Assembly (NCBI GenBank): GCA_965261085.1
Contig: OZ253442.1
Span: 2,784,001-2,848,000 of the forward strand
Length of the DNA: 64,000 nt
Source of the DNA: a bacterium
Lineage (GTDB): Bacteria > UBA8248
Direction of reading: 5' to 3'
Shown here: piece by piece, positions 55,611 to 64,000 of the stretch
Layout of the letters: each line of letters opens with the position of its first letter
Position numbering within the stretch: position 1 is the stretch's first letter
The notes under the pieces: model-generated
The model's input: the letters and a program-made list of their open reading frames with translations, nothing else
What the model was told of the DNA's origin: nothing
The model's database searches: none
Made by a program: the position numbers and the translations under genes

Positions 55611-56390
55611 ATGTCTACTTCTTCCCTGAAGACGATAGACAAAGCAATAGATCTCCTCTGGGCTATAGCCCATGGATCCGGCTCTTCTTCGGTGGAAGAG
55701 CTCTCCTCCGAGATCCAACTGCCCAAAAGTACGACATACCGATTCCTCAAGACCCTCCAAACCAGGGGCTTCGTGGACGCTTCCGCCGAATACGGAAAAT
55801 ACCGATTGGGGTCTTCCCTCTCCCTCCTCTCGAAAAATATTTCTCAGAACGGACAAAATGGAACCCTTTGCGAGCTTGCGCTTCCCGTCATGAGAAGGCT
55901 TACATTGGAAACGGGGGAAACAATTTTCTTGTGCATCAAATCGGGTCGGGAAACCATTTGCATCGAGTGCATAGAAAGTCGCCAATCGATCATCGCTCGT
56001 TTTTTTGTAGGAGAAGTGCGGCCTTTGCACGTTGGGGCGGCGTCGAAAGCCCTACTCGCCTTTTTGCCGGATCAGGACATCGAGACGATCATGCAGCAGA
56101 AACTATCGAGGGCGACAAAAAATACGATCACTGAGCCCGTCAAATTAAAAAAAGAGCTCAAAGAGATTCGTGAAAAGGGCCACGCGTACAGCGACCAAGA
56201 GTTCATTGTTGGGGCCAGGGCGATTTCCGCACCGGTGTTTGGTGAACGGGGTACCGTCGCGGCTTCCTTGACGCTCTCGGCTCCAGTTCACCGGATCGAA
56301 AAATCGAACCGGAAAATCCTTGCCGCCCATGTCGTCAGAGCCGCTCGAGAGGTTTCGGCGTCCCTGGGTTGGAAGGAAGCTGAAGCATAG
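55611..56390 (+). CDS. IclR family transcriptional regulator
   Basis: HTH LPKSTTYRFLKTL, YRLG, TGET, PLHVGAASKALLA, GARAISAPV. Confidence 0.95.
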   Translation: MSTSSLKTIDKAIDLLWAIAHGSGSSSVEELSSEIQLPKSTTYRFLKTLQTRGFVDASAEYGKYRLGSSLSLLSKNISQNGQNGTLCELALPVMRRLTLETGETIFLCIKSGRETICIECIESRQSIIARFFVGEVRPLHVGAASKALLAFLPDQDIETIMQQKLSRATKNTITEPVKLKKELKEIREKGHAYSDQEFIVGARAISAPVFGERGTVAASLTLSAPVHRIEKSNRKILAAHVVRAAREVSASLGWKEAEA

Positions 56391-56508
56391 AAATCCTGTT
56401 TTCAGGAAATCTGTGCGAATCCTCGTGATATGGAGTCTTGTCGTTGCTTCATCATCCATCCGGGAGTTCATGAAGGTACTTTGTCTACCCAACCAAGGAG
56501 GACAGAAA

Positions 56509-57477
56509 ATGATGCGCGCAATGAAGACGTTCATCAGGTTCGCAGTGCTGGTCATCGCCATTTGGGCGATGACGATTTCATCCGCCCAGGCTGCCAAGAA
56601 ATTCGTTACCATCGCCGGCGGCGCTTCGGGCGGAACGTACATCGTGGTCGCAACTGGAATGGCCAAGCTCTTGTCCAAATACGTTCCGGGGATGCGGGCG
56701 AACGCCGAGGTCACGGGAGGTGGTTTCGGCAATACGCGCCTCATCGGAACCAAGAGAGCCGATTTTGGTCTGACGACCCCGGACGCTGCCTTCTTTGCGG
56801 TGGAGGGAGGCGGGCGATTCAAGCCAGGAGAAAAATACAAGCTCCGCGCACTGATGAGCGGCCACGCCAGCATCCAGCATTTCGTGACGCTCAGGAAGTC
56901 GGGAATCAAGAGTTTGTATGACTATCGAGGAAAGCGTATCTCCATCGGCCAGCCGGGAAGCTCCACGGCGGCGATGGGTGTGGCAATGCTGGAGGTCCTG
57001 GGGATCAGCACCAAAAAGTTCGCCCGAACGGATCATTTGACCCAAACTGAAGCTGTTGCGGCGCTGAAGGACGGAACGGTAGACGCAACCATTCAGCTCG
57101 CCGGAATTCCGGGCGGTGCGGTAAAAGATATCACTTCGACGCATGACGTGAGATTGGTCTCCGTCTCCATGGAAGACATGAAGAAAATCAACAAGGCGCA
57201 TCCATACTGGGCGCCTTCCCGCATACCCAAGGGCACTTACGGCGGCATGAAGGGAGACGTCGGGGCGATGGCGTCGGCGACCATCGTCATCACCCACGCG
57301 GACACGGACAACGCGACGGTCTACGCAGTGACAAAAACGGTACTTGAGCACACCGATGAGCTCGGAGCCATTCACCGCGCCGGGTTGAAGTACAAACTTC
57401 CCGGCTCCGCCGGGAACATTCCCATTCCCATGCATCCCGGCGCCGCGCGTTACTTCAAGGAAAAGGGCATTCAGTAA
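56509..57477 (+). CDS. TAXI-family TRAP transporter solute-binding subunit
   Basis: TIAGGASGGTY, TGGGFGN, GKRISIGQPGS, ALKDGTVDA, IPMHPGAARYFKE. Confidence 0.93.
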   Translation: MMRAMKTFIRFAVLVIAIWAMTISSAQAAKKFVTIAGGASGGTYIVVATGMAKLLSKYVPGMRANAEVTGGGFGNTRLIGTKRADFGLTTPDAAFFAVEGGGRFKPGEKYKLRALMSGHASIQHFVTLRKSGIKSLYDYRGKRISIGQPGSSTAAMGVAMLEVLGISTKKFARTDHLTQTEAVAALKDGTVDATIQLAGIPGGAVKDITSTHDVRLVSVSMEDMKKINKAHPYWAPSRIPKGTYGGMKGDVGAMASATIVITHADTDNATVYAVTKTVLEHTDELGAIHRAGLKYKLPGSAGNIPIPMHPGAARYFKEKGIQ

Positions 57478-57494
57478 ATTGTCGTATGAGCACA

Positions 57495-57526
57495 TCGGCG
57501 CCCCCGCCTGAGGGCGGGGGCGCCGA
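57495..57526. terminator. 14-bp GC stem-loop between SBP and permease (mRNA stabiliser or attenuator)
   Basis: TCGGCGCCCCCGCC-TGAG-GGCGGGGGCGCCGA. Confidence 0.6.
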
Positions 57527-57547
57527 CCACCTCAAGGGAGTCGTGCA

Positions 57548-59554
57548 GTGGACGCGAATGGTGATCCGAAGCAATCGCCGGATCCGGAAGAGGCGGGGGC
57601 GATCGTTCACGGCCGGGCCCGCCCGGACAACGCCTTCGAGCGTTTTCTCAACCCGATCATCACCTGGTTGGCCATTGCGCTGGCGGTTTTCCACCTGTAC
57701 ACGGGTTTCGCCGGTGCGTACGGAGCGCTCATTCAACGTTCGATTCATTTAAGTCCGATCCTGGTTCTCACATACCTTCTTTACCCAACTGCAACGAACA
57801 AACGGTTCTATATTTTCGGTCGACTTCTCGATGCCATTTTCATTATCGGAAGTGTCACCATAGGCCTTTACATTATCGATCAATACCATGTTCTCACCTT
57901 TCGAGACGGGAATCCGAATCTGCCGGATATGCTCCTCGGAATCCTCGCAATCATCTTGGTTCTCGAAGCAACCCGGAGGGTCATCGGCTGGACGTTGCCG
58001 TTGGTTGCCGTAGCATTCGTGATCTACGCCTATTGGGGCCCGAACATGCCGGGCGTCTTCGGGCACCGCGGTTACGACTGGGGACGGATATTGCAGCACA
58101 CCTACACCAGCACGGAAGGTATTTATGGGCTGCCGATCGGAGTTTCAGCGACATTCGTCATTCTGTTCATCATCTTCGGGGCTATTCTTCAAGAGACCGG
58201 AGCGGGTCGATTTTTCATTGATCTCGCCTTCGCGCTTTTCGGTCGAGTGCGAGGCGGGCCGGCAAAAGTCGCGGTTGTGGGGAGCACTCTTTTCGGCACG
58301 ATCTCAGGCAGCGCCACGGCCAACGTTGTGGGCACAGGGACATTTACCATACCGATGATGAAGCGTCTCGGGTACCAACCCACCTTTGCCGCTGCGGTCG
58401 AGGCGGTGGCGTCGACCGGCGGCCAGTTCATGCCCCCCATCATGGGTGCGGCTGTTTTCGTCATGATTGAGATGATCCATGTCACATATAGAGAGATTAT
58501 CGTCATGGCGCTGCTGCCCGCTATCCTCTTTTACGTCGCGGTGTTCATCGCCGTAGACCTCGAAGCCGTGCGCCTGGGGCTTCGCGGGATGGATCGATCG
58601 GAGCTCCCCAAGGCGACGCGACTCCTCGCGGAAGGCTGGCCCTTTCTCGCCCCCCCGATCATTCTCGTATTCATGTTGATGTACATGTATTGGTCCCCGA
58701 CAAAAGCGGGTTTTTGGGCGATTGTGTCTACTGTTGCCGTCAGCTCCTTAAAAGCCAGCAGTCGGTTGACGCCCCGGCAGATTCTCGGCGCGCTTCGTGC
58801 GGGAACAATGGCCACGTTGCAAGTCGCGCTCGCCTGCGCGTGTGCGGGAGTCGTGGTGAGCGTCTTCACGCTGACGGGCCTGGGGGCGAAGGTTTCTTTC
58901 GCTCTCCTTGAACTGGCCAATGAAGCTTTGCTTCCGATGCTGGTGATCGGCATGGTGACCAGCATTCTGCTCGGGATGGGGATGCCCACAACGCCGGCCT
59001 ACATTATTCTGGCGGTACTGATTGCTCCTTCCCTGGTCAAGGCCGGAGTGCCCCAGATATCGGCGCACCTCTTCGTCTTCTATTCCGGCATTATTTCGGC
59101 GATCACGCCACCGGTCGCATTAGCCGCGTACGCAGGCGCCGCCATAGCCAAAGCGCCTCCGCTGCGGACGGGATTCCTGGCAATGCGCATCGGGCTGGCG
59201 GCGTTCATCGTCCCGTTCATGTTCGTATACAGCCCCGGCCTCGTTTTTCACGGAACCCCTTGGGAAGTGGTTTACTCGATTGGGACTTCCCTCCTGGGGA
59301 TATTGGCCATCACTTACGGTGTACAGGGAAGAATGTTGCGGGAGCTCTACATCGTGGAGCGCATGATTTTGGTGGTCTCCGGGCTTTTGTTTATCCCTTA
59401 CTCGATTTCAGCGAACGGAATCGGCCTCTTCCTGTTCCTGGCCTTGGTCGCATGGCAACGCTGGAGATCCGTAGACGTTTCCTTACGTCTTCGGCGCGGA
59501 GCGGGAGCGGAGGAGGTTACGTCTTCTTACCCATCACGAGAGGAACAGCGATGA
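57548..59554 (+). CDS. TRAP transporter 4TM/12TM fused permease
   Basis: LEATRR, EGIYG, GGPAKVAV, SGSATANV, ASTGGQFMPPIMGAA, GMGMPT, ITPPVALAAY. Confidence 0.95.
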   Translation: MDANGDPKQSPDPEEAGAIVHGRARPDNAFERFLNPIITWLAIALAVFHLYTGFAGAYGALIQRSIHLSPILVLTYLLYPTATNKRFYIFGRLLDAIFIIGSVTIGLYIIDQYHVLTFRDGNPNLPDMLLGILAIILVLEATRRVIGWTLPLVAVAFVIYAYWGPNMPGVFGHRGYDWGRILQHTYTSTEGIYGLPIGVSATFVILFIIFGAILQETGAGRFFIDLAFALFGRVRGGPAKVAVVGSTLFGTISGSATANVVGTGTFTIPMMKRLGYQPTFAAAVEAVASTGGQFMPPIMGAAVFVMIEMIHVTYREIIVMALLPAILFYVAVFIAVDLEAVRLGLRGMDRSELPKATRLLAEGWPFLAPPIILVFMLMYMYWSPTKAGFWAIVSTVAVSSLKASSRLTPRQILGALRAGTMATLQVALACACAGVVVSVFTLTGLGAKVSFALLELANEALLPMLVIGMVTSILLGMGMPTTPAYIILAVLIAPSLVKAGVPQISAHLFVFYSGIISAITPPVALAAYAGAAIAKAPPLRTGFLAMRIGLAAFIVPFMFVYSPGLVFHGTPWEVVYSIGTSLLGILAITYGVQGRMLRELYIVERMILVVSGLLFIPYSISANGIGLFLFLALVAWQRWRSVDVSLRLRRGAGAEEVTSSYPSREEQR

Positions 59555-60936
59555 CGCCCCAAGACGTAAACCGCGATTACAACTTGATGAACGCAAAAGT
59601 CGTGACGCCCGAAGAGATTCGCCACGCCAACGTGGCTCTGCGCGACGGGCAGATTGCTTCAGTCGAAGATGGCCCTCTTCCCGGGAGAAGCGCGAAGGAG
59701 ATCGATCTCGGGGGGAAATTCCTTCTGCCGGGAGTCATCGACCCCCACGTACACCTGCGCGACATGGGGGAATCCGAAAAGGAAGACTTCACCACCGCAA
59801 CCGCCTGCGCCGCCGTCGGCGGAGTGACGACGGTGATGCAAATGCCCAACGGCATACCTGATATTCTCACGGTCGAGGATTTTCGCGAACGAAAGTCGCT
59901 CATCGAAAATCGCACGTACGCAGATATCGCCCTCTATGCCTGGGCTTGCGAGCAGAACCGAAAAGAGCTCCATCACTTCCGAGAGTTGGGCGCCATCGGA
60001 TACAAGATATTCACCGCTGTAACGGGGGCCTTCAAAGAAGATTTCGAGGATTACATTACAGTCGACATAGACAAGCTCTTCCTCCTGTTCGAAGAAATCG
60101 CGGGCTTCGATGGACAGATTGGAATCCACGCCGAATCAAATCCGATTCTCGAGCTCTTCACCGAGCGATGCAAGGAAAATATGAAACCGGACATCGACGC
60201 TTGGCGTCTGAGTCGGCCGAATTTCGCCGAGGACCTCGCGGTCTTCGATGCCCTCACCCTATCCACGGCTACGGGGGCCCGTTTGCATATTTGTCACGTC
60301 ATCGGCGCCGAGGCGGTTCAACTCATCCGCAACGCGAAGAAAAAAAATCCGAAGATCACCTCCGAAGTGGCGCCGTGCAATCTGCTCTTGTGCGACGAGG
60401 ACCTTCACGCGGTGGGTTCATGGGGAAAATTCAGCCCGCCCGTCAAGACGGCCGCCGATCGCGATGCCCTCCGTGAAGGGTTCTTGGACGGGACCATCGA
60501 CACCATGGGAACCGACCACGCCCCCCAGATAAACGAGCTGAAGAATAACGAAAATATATGGATCGCCCCTCCCGGCGGACCCGGCCTCGAAATTTTTCTG
60601 CCTTCGATGCTGAACGAAGTGAATCAAGGTCTCCTGACGCTCCCGACGCTTGTTTCACGTTTGTGCGAGGCGCCGGCGAGGATTTTCCGCCTTTTCCCGA
60701 GAAAGGGGACGATCCGTGCGGGAGCGGACGCCGATCTTGTGGTGGTCGATATGGAGCGGACCGTACTCGTCGATCCGGCGAAGGGAAAAAGCAAAGGAAA
60801 GTACACGGCCTTTGCCAACAGAACTTTTGTGGGAGCGCCGGTGATGACCTTTCTGCGCGGGGAGCTGATCGCCAAGGACGGAGATTTGGTGGTCCCACCG
60901 GGCAGCGGCCGTTTTGCTCAACCATCGCTGGATTAA
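59551..60936 (+). CDS. Cyclic amidohydrolase (dihydroorotase/allantoinase family)
   Basis: PGVIDPHVH, GGVTTVMQMPN, GYKIF, HAE, HICHV, GTDHAP, GADADLVVVD; ATGA overlap with the permease stop. Confidence 0.9.
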   Translation: MTPQDVNRDYNLMNAKVVTPEEIRHANVALRDGQIASVEDGPLPGRSAKEIDLGGKFLLPGVIDPHVHLRDMGESEKEDFTTATACAAVGGVTTVMQMPNGIPDILTVEDFRERKSLIENRTYADIALYAWACEQNRKELHHFRELGAIGYKIFTAVTGAFKEDFEDYITVDIDKLFLLFEEIAGFDGQIGIHAESNPILELFTERCKENMKPDIDAWRLSRPNFAEDLAVFDALTLSTATGARLHICHVIGAEAVQLIRNAKKKNPKITSEVAPCNLLLCDEDLHAVGSWGKFSPPVKTAADRDALREGFLDGTIDTMGTDHAPQINELKNNENIWIAPPGGPGLEIFLPSMLNEVNQGLLTLPTLVSRLCEAPARIFRLFPRKGTIRAGADADLVVVDMERTVLVDPAKGKSKGKYTAFANRTFVGAPVMTFLRGELIAKDGDLVVPPGSGRFAQPSLD

Positions 60937-60986
60937 GGTTGTGATTCCATTCATTCCTCCAAACAACGGAAAACCGCGGAGAAGAA

Positions 60987-62387
60987 ATGAAAGATCAGTG
61001 CCTGTTGCTTCGTGATTATTACGCCACGCCCGAGATGCGGACTATCTGGACCGAAGAGAACATGGTCCAAAAATGGCTCGACGTAGAGGCGGCCATCGCC
61101 TGGGCGCAAGGGGAAGTGAAGATGATTCCGAAATGGGCGTCCAAGGCCATCGTGCGCAGTTGCGACGTGAAGAAGGTCACTCCCCTTCTCGTCTTCCGCG
61201 AGTTCGAGAAGGCGCGCCACTGGATCGTCTCGCTGGTTCATGCTTTCACGAAGGTGGCGGGACCGGAAGGGGAATATTTCCATCTCGGAACGACGACCCA
61301 GGACATCCTGGACGGCGGTCTGACGCTGCAGATCCGCGAGTCTTACGTCCTCCTTCTCACCGAGCTTCGAGAGCTCGAATCCATCCTCGTCCGTCTGGCC
61401 CGACGTCATCGCACCACCGTCATGGCTGGTCGAACGGAGGGTCAGCAGGCCTCTCCCGTCACATACGGCCAGAAGATCGCGATTCTTTGCAGCGAGCTCC
61501 GGGATCACATCGAGCGACTCAAGGAGTGCAGCAAGCGGCTTTTTTACGCGAACGTCTCTTCTGGAACCGGCGCTCAGTCCACTTTCGTCTACCTAAGCGA
61601 CCTTCACACCACCCGGCGGCTGGAAACGTTGGTGGCCAAGCGGCTGGCGCTCCAAGTTCCCTACATCAGCATGCACCATCGGACGGACCGCTTTGCGGAA
61701 TTGCTCAACATTCTCGCGCTGATCAATTCAACACTGGGGGAAGCGGGGATGGATCTTCGCGACCTCCAGCGGACCGAAGTGGCCGAAGTGGCGGAGCCCT
61801 GGGACATCGAACACCAGCACAGCAGCAGCACCTTCCCCCACAAACGCAATCCTGAGACAAGTGAATGGCAGGAAGGACTCGCCAAGCTCTCACGGACAAA
61901 CGCACTTGCCATGATGGACGTCCAGCAACAGCACGAGCGTGACGCGAGCCGCTACGCCGTGGAATTCTCGCGAATCGCCGAGAGCTTCGGTTTGGCATCA
62001 TCCGCGGTCGCGGCGGCCAAGCGGATTTACGGCGGCCTTGTCGTCGACAAAAAAGCGATGCGGCGCAATCTCGAGCTTCAACGAGAGCTCACCATGACCG
62101 AAGCGGTTATGCTGCGCCTGTATCAGAAGACGAAGCGAAAGGCCGAAGCGCATACCATCTGCCATGACGCCGCCCAGCAGGCGAGGGAAGAGGGACGCTC
62201 GGTGAAGGAATGCCTCCTCGCGTATCCGGTCGCGCGAAAGCACCTCACCGCCGAGGAAATCGACGAAGTCACAAAACCGGAAAACTACATCGGCACCTGC
62301 CCGCAGCAAGTAGACCGGGCGCTGAGGCGAATCGCTCAACTCAGGCGCTCGGACGGGCGGTACCTGCGGATGGGAAAGAAGGGATGA
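60987..62387 (+). CDS. Adenylosuccinate lyase-like C-N lyase (fumarase/aspartase superfamily)
   Basis: HLGTTTQDI, MAGRTEGQ, signature SSTFPHKRNP, HERD. The usual RTH His is replaced by Glu. Confidence 0.85.
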   Translation: MKDQCLLLRDYYATPEMRTIWTEENMVQKWLDVEAAIAWAQGEVKMIPKWASKAIVRSCDVKKVTPLLVFREFEKARHWIVSLVHAFTKVAGPEGEYFHLGTTTQDILDGGLTLQIRESYVLLLTELRELESILVRLARRHRTTVMAGRTEGQQASPVTYGQKIAILCSELRDHIERLKECSKRLFYANVSSGTGAQSTFVYLSDLHTTRRLETLVAKRLALQVPYISMHHRTDRFAELLNILALINSTLGEAGMDLRDLQRTEVAEVAEPWDIEHQHSSSTFPHKRNPETSEWQEGLAKLSRTNALAMMDVQQQHERDASRYAVEFSRIAESFGLASSAVAAAKRIYGGLVVDKKAMRRNLELQRELTMTEAVMLRLYQKTKRKAEAHTICHDAAQQAREEGRSVKECLLAYPVARKHLTAEEIDEVTKPENYIGTCPQQVDRALRRIAQLRRSDGRYLRMGKKG

Positions 62388-63457
62388 GCACAGCCGATAC
62401 GATCACCTTGGCCGTCGTGGGAGACTTTTGGGTTAACCGCCCGCTCCCTCGAGATGAACCCCGCCTCGAAATGGTCCTCGATCAGCTTCGAGCGGCGGAT
62501 CTTTCGGTGTGTGTTTTAGAGATGCCGCTTTCGCAGCGGGGCGCGCCGGCCGAAAAGATCGTCCGTATGCGAGCGCCTCCGGAGCGCGCGGAAGATCTGC
62601 ATCACCTGGGGGTCGATTGCGTCACGATAGCGAACAACCACATGCTCGACTACGGTCCCGACGCCCTCCTGGACACCTTGGACATTTTGCGAAGCGAAGG
62701 AATCCCCTTCGTGGGGGCGGGCCGGGACATCGAAGAAGCGTCCCATCCGTTGGTTCTTGAGGCAAAGGGCATCCACGTGACTTTTCTTGCGTGTGCGGCC
62801 ACACTTCCTCTGGGAAGCTCGGCGGGAGAAGACAGGCCGGGCGTGAATCCACTGCACGTCTTCACGGCCTGGGTGGTCGAGTCGAGCGCACGGACCCAAG
62901 AGCAACCGGGCACTCCACCTCCCGTTATGACTTTCTCCTCCCCCGAGGACATCCAGACCCTCCAGAACGCGGTGCGCAAAGCGAAAAGTTCCTCCGATCT
63001 CGTGGTCGTCCTGCCCCACTGGGGGTTGCCGAACGTGAGCGCCCTCATGGATTACCAACGCGACGCCGGACACGCTCTCGCCGCAGCGGGCGCAGACCTC
63101 ATCGTCGGCCACCACGCGCATTGCATCCAACCGGTGGAGATGGTCGAGAGCACGCCGATTATCTACGGTGTGAGCAATTTCCTGTTTCACGAGCTTCCCG
63201 AAGGCATGTCCAGGAACGTGTACGATTTCATGTCGAAAGACGAACTCCTGGTGGAAGCCCGTCTCGGGGTGGAGGGAGTGCGCGAGCTGGCGCTCGCGCC
63301 GCTCGTTTTGAACTCGTCCGGACACCCTCGCCTCGCCGGACCGGAGGAAACGAAGCGGATCGTGGGAGAAGTTTCCGACTTGTCGGTGAAATACGGAACG
63401 GTGATCGAGTTCGCCGGCAGCCGTGGCTTGGTCAGGCTCAGGGAAAAGGCGGCCTGA
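62384..63457 (+). CDS. CapA/PGA_cap family metallophosphoesterase-fold protein 1
   Basis: VVGD, VLE, ANNHMLDYG, GAG, HWG, GHHAH, YGVSNF; ATGA overlap; no signal peptide. Confidence 0.88.
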   Translation: MSTADTITLAVVGDFWVNRPLPRDEPRLEMVLDQLRAADLSVCVLEMPLSQRGAPAEKIVRMRAPPERAEDLHHLGVDCVTIANNHMLDYGPDALLDTLDILRSEGIPFVGAGRDIEEASHPLVLEAKGIHVTFLACAATLPLGSSAGEDRPGVNPLHVFTAWVVESSARTQEQPGTPPPVMTFSSPEDIQTLQNAVRKAKSSSDLVVVLPHWGLPNVSALMDYQRDAGHALAAAGADLIVGHHAHCIQPVEMVESTPIIYGVSNFLFHELPEGMSRNVYDFMSKDELLVEARLGVEGVRELALAPLVLNSSGHPRLAGPEETKRIVGEVSDLSVKYGTVIEFAGSRGLVRLREKAA

Positions 63458-63481
63458 TTGTTACAATAGGAGTGAGACAGG

Positions 63482-64000
63482 ATGTCCAACGAAGGGATGG
63501 TTTCCATAGCGTTGGCCGGGGACGCGTTCATCGGCAAGAAGCTTCCTCGTCCGGGAGAGCCGGGAGCGGAACCCGTGCGCGCCCTTTTCGAGCGCATGGC
63601 GGGGGCCGACGTGACGTTCATCAACCTGGAGAGCCCGTATTCCGAAAGGGGCTATCCGGCCGAGAAATACACGTTTCTGCGGTCCCATCCTTCCCTAATC
63701 GATGAGTTGGACGAGATGGGGGTGGACGTTGTCACCCTTGCTAACAATCACATGCTCGACTACGGCTACGACGCGCTTTTCGACACCCTGTCTCTTCTCG
63801 ACGCGAAGGGGGTCCGGCGCGTGGGAGCAGGCCGGAATTTGCAGGAGGCGTACGCGCCGGCCATCATTCAGAAGGCCGGGGTACGCGTGGCTTTCCTGGG
63901 CTTCGCCTCCACCCTTCCGCTCGGCTGCTCCGCGGGCGACGAGCGTCCCGGCCTCGCACCCATCCATATCTTTTCCGCTTTCGTCCTCGAGCCGAGCCCG
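63482..64000 (+). CDS. CapA/PGA_cap family protein 2 (runs off the window)
   Basis: Translated by hand: MSNEGMVSIALAGD..FINLESP..VTLANNHMLDYG..VGAGRN..TLPLGCSAGDERPG; paralog of the preceding gene; AGGAG SD. Confidence 0.88.
   Translation, partial: MSNEGMVSIALAGDAFIGKKLPRPGEPGAEPVRALFERMAGADVTFINLESPYSERGYPAEKYTFLRSHPSLIDELDEMGVDVVTLANNHMLDYGYDALFDTLSLLDAKGVRRVGAGRNLQEAYAPAIIQKAGVRVAFLGFASTLPLGCSAGDERPGLAPIHIFSAFVLEPSP

Noticed and set aside
62384-64000. Poly-gamma-glutamate capsule locus
   Set aside because: There is no capB or capC in the window, the proteins lack export signals, and the context is catabolic.
1-64000. CRISPR array, tRNA, rRNA, prophage or intact integrase/transposase
   Set aside because: I saw no regularly spaced repeat-spacer array, structural RNA signature or intact mobility gene by eye; small RNAs could have been missed.

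Overview
GC-rich bacterial chromosomal window (about 60% GC by eye, with lower-GC patches near 24.7-27.4 kb, 31.5-32.4 kb and 47.5-55.5 kb). I saw no rRNA, tRNA or CRISPR array. From left to right it holds: (1) a minus-strand SdhA/NadB-like flavoprotein (runs off the edge) with a Tm-1-like/UPF0261 gene and a TIM-barrel PEP-hydrolase-family gene; (2) a 13.7-kb minus-strand MoxR AAA+/vWA cluster (MBL hydrolase, Tat-exported DUF4159, vWA-GATase-like membrane protein, DUF4175-like coiled-coil protein, TPR-zinc peptidase, MoxR, DUF58, BatA-vWA); (3) a two-subunit NAD-linked formate dehydrogenase (NuoE-NuoF fusion plus Cys-type alpha subunit), followed by an RTX gene bracketed by a diverged duplicate of the fdh 3' end and by low-GC membrane-protein genes; (4) three tandem EamA transporters, an ABM monooxygenase, an SDR, and a SLATT-like 2TM gene with an overlapping Pro-rich peptide ORF; (5) an AhpD/CMD gene split by the ORF track that reads as a selenoprotein (CxxU with a SECIS-like hairpin); (6) a PIG-L deacetylase, ORF6N, truncated higB with intact higA, an aldehyde:ferredoxin oxidoreductase, an esterase and dehydrogenases; (7) peptide-type and branched-chain-type ABC importers, a single-chain triple RidA, and an IclR/TAXI-TRAP/amidohydrolase/C-N lyase/2xCapA catabolic operon. 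Many intergenic gaps hold short gene relics (acyl-CoA dehydrogenase, collapsed xanthine dehydrogenase, M20 peptidase, IS21, IS1380, Calx-beta). All family calls come from motif recognition by eye, not from database searches.
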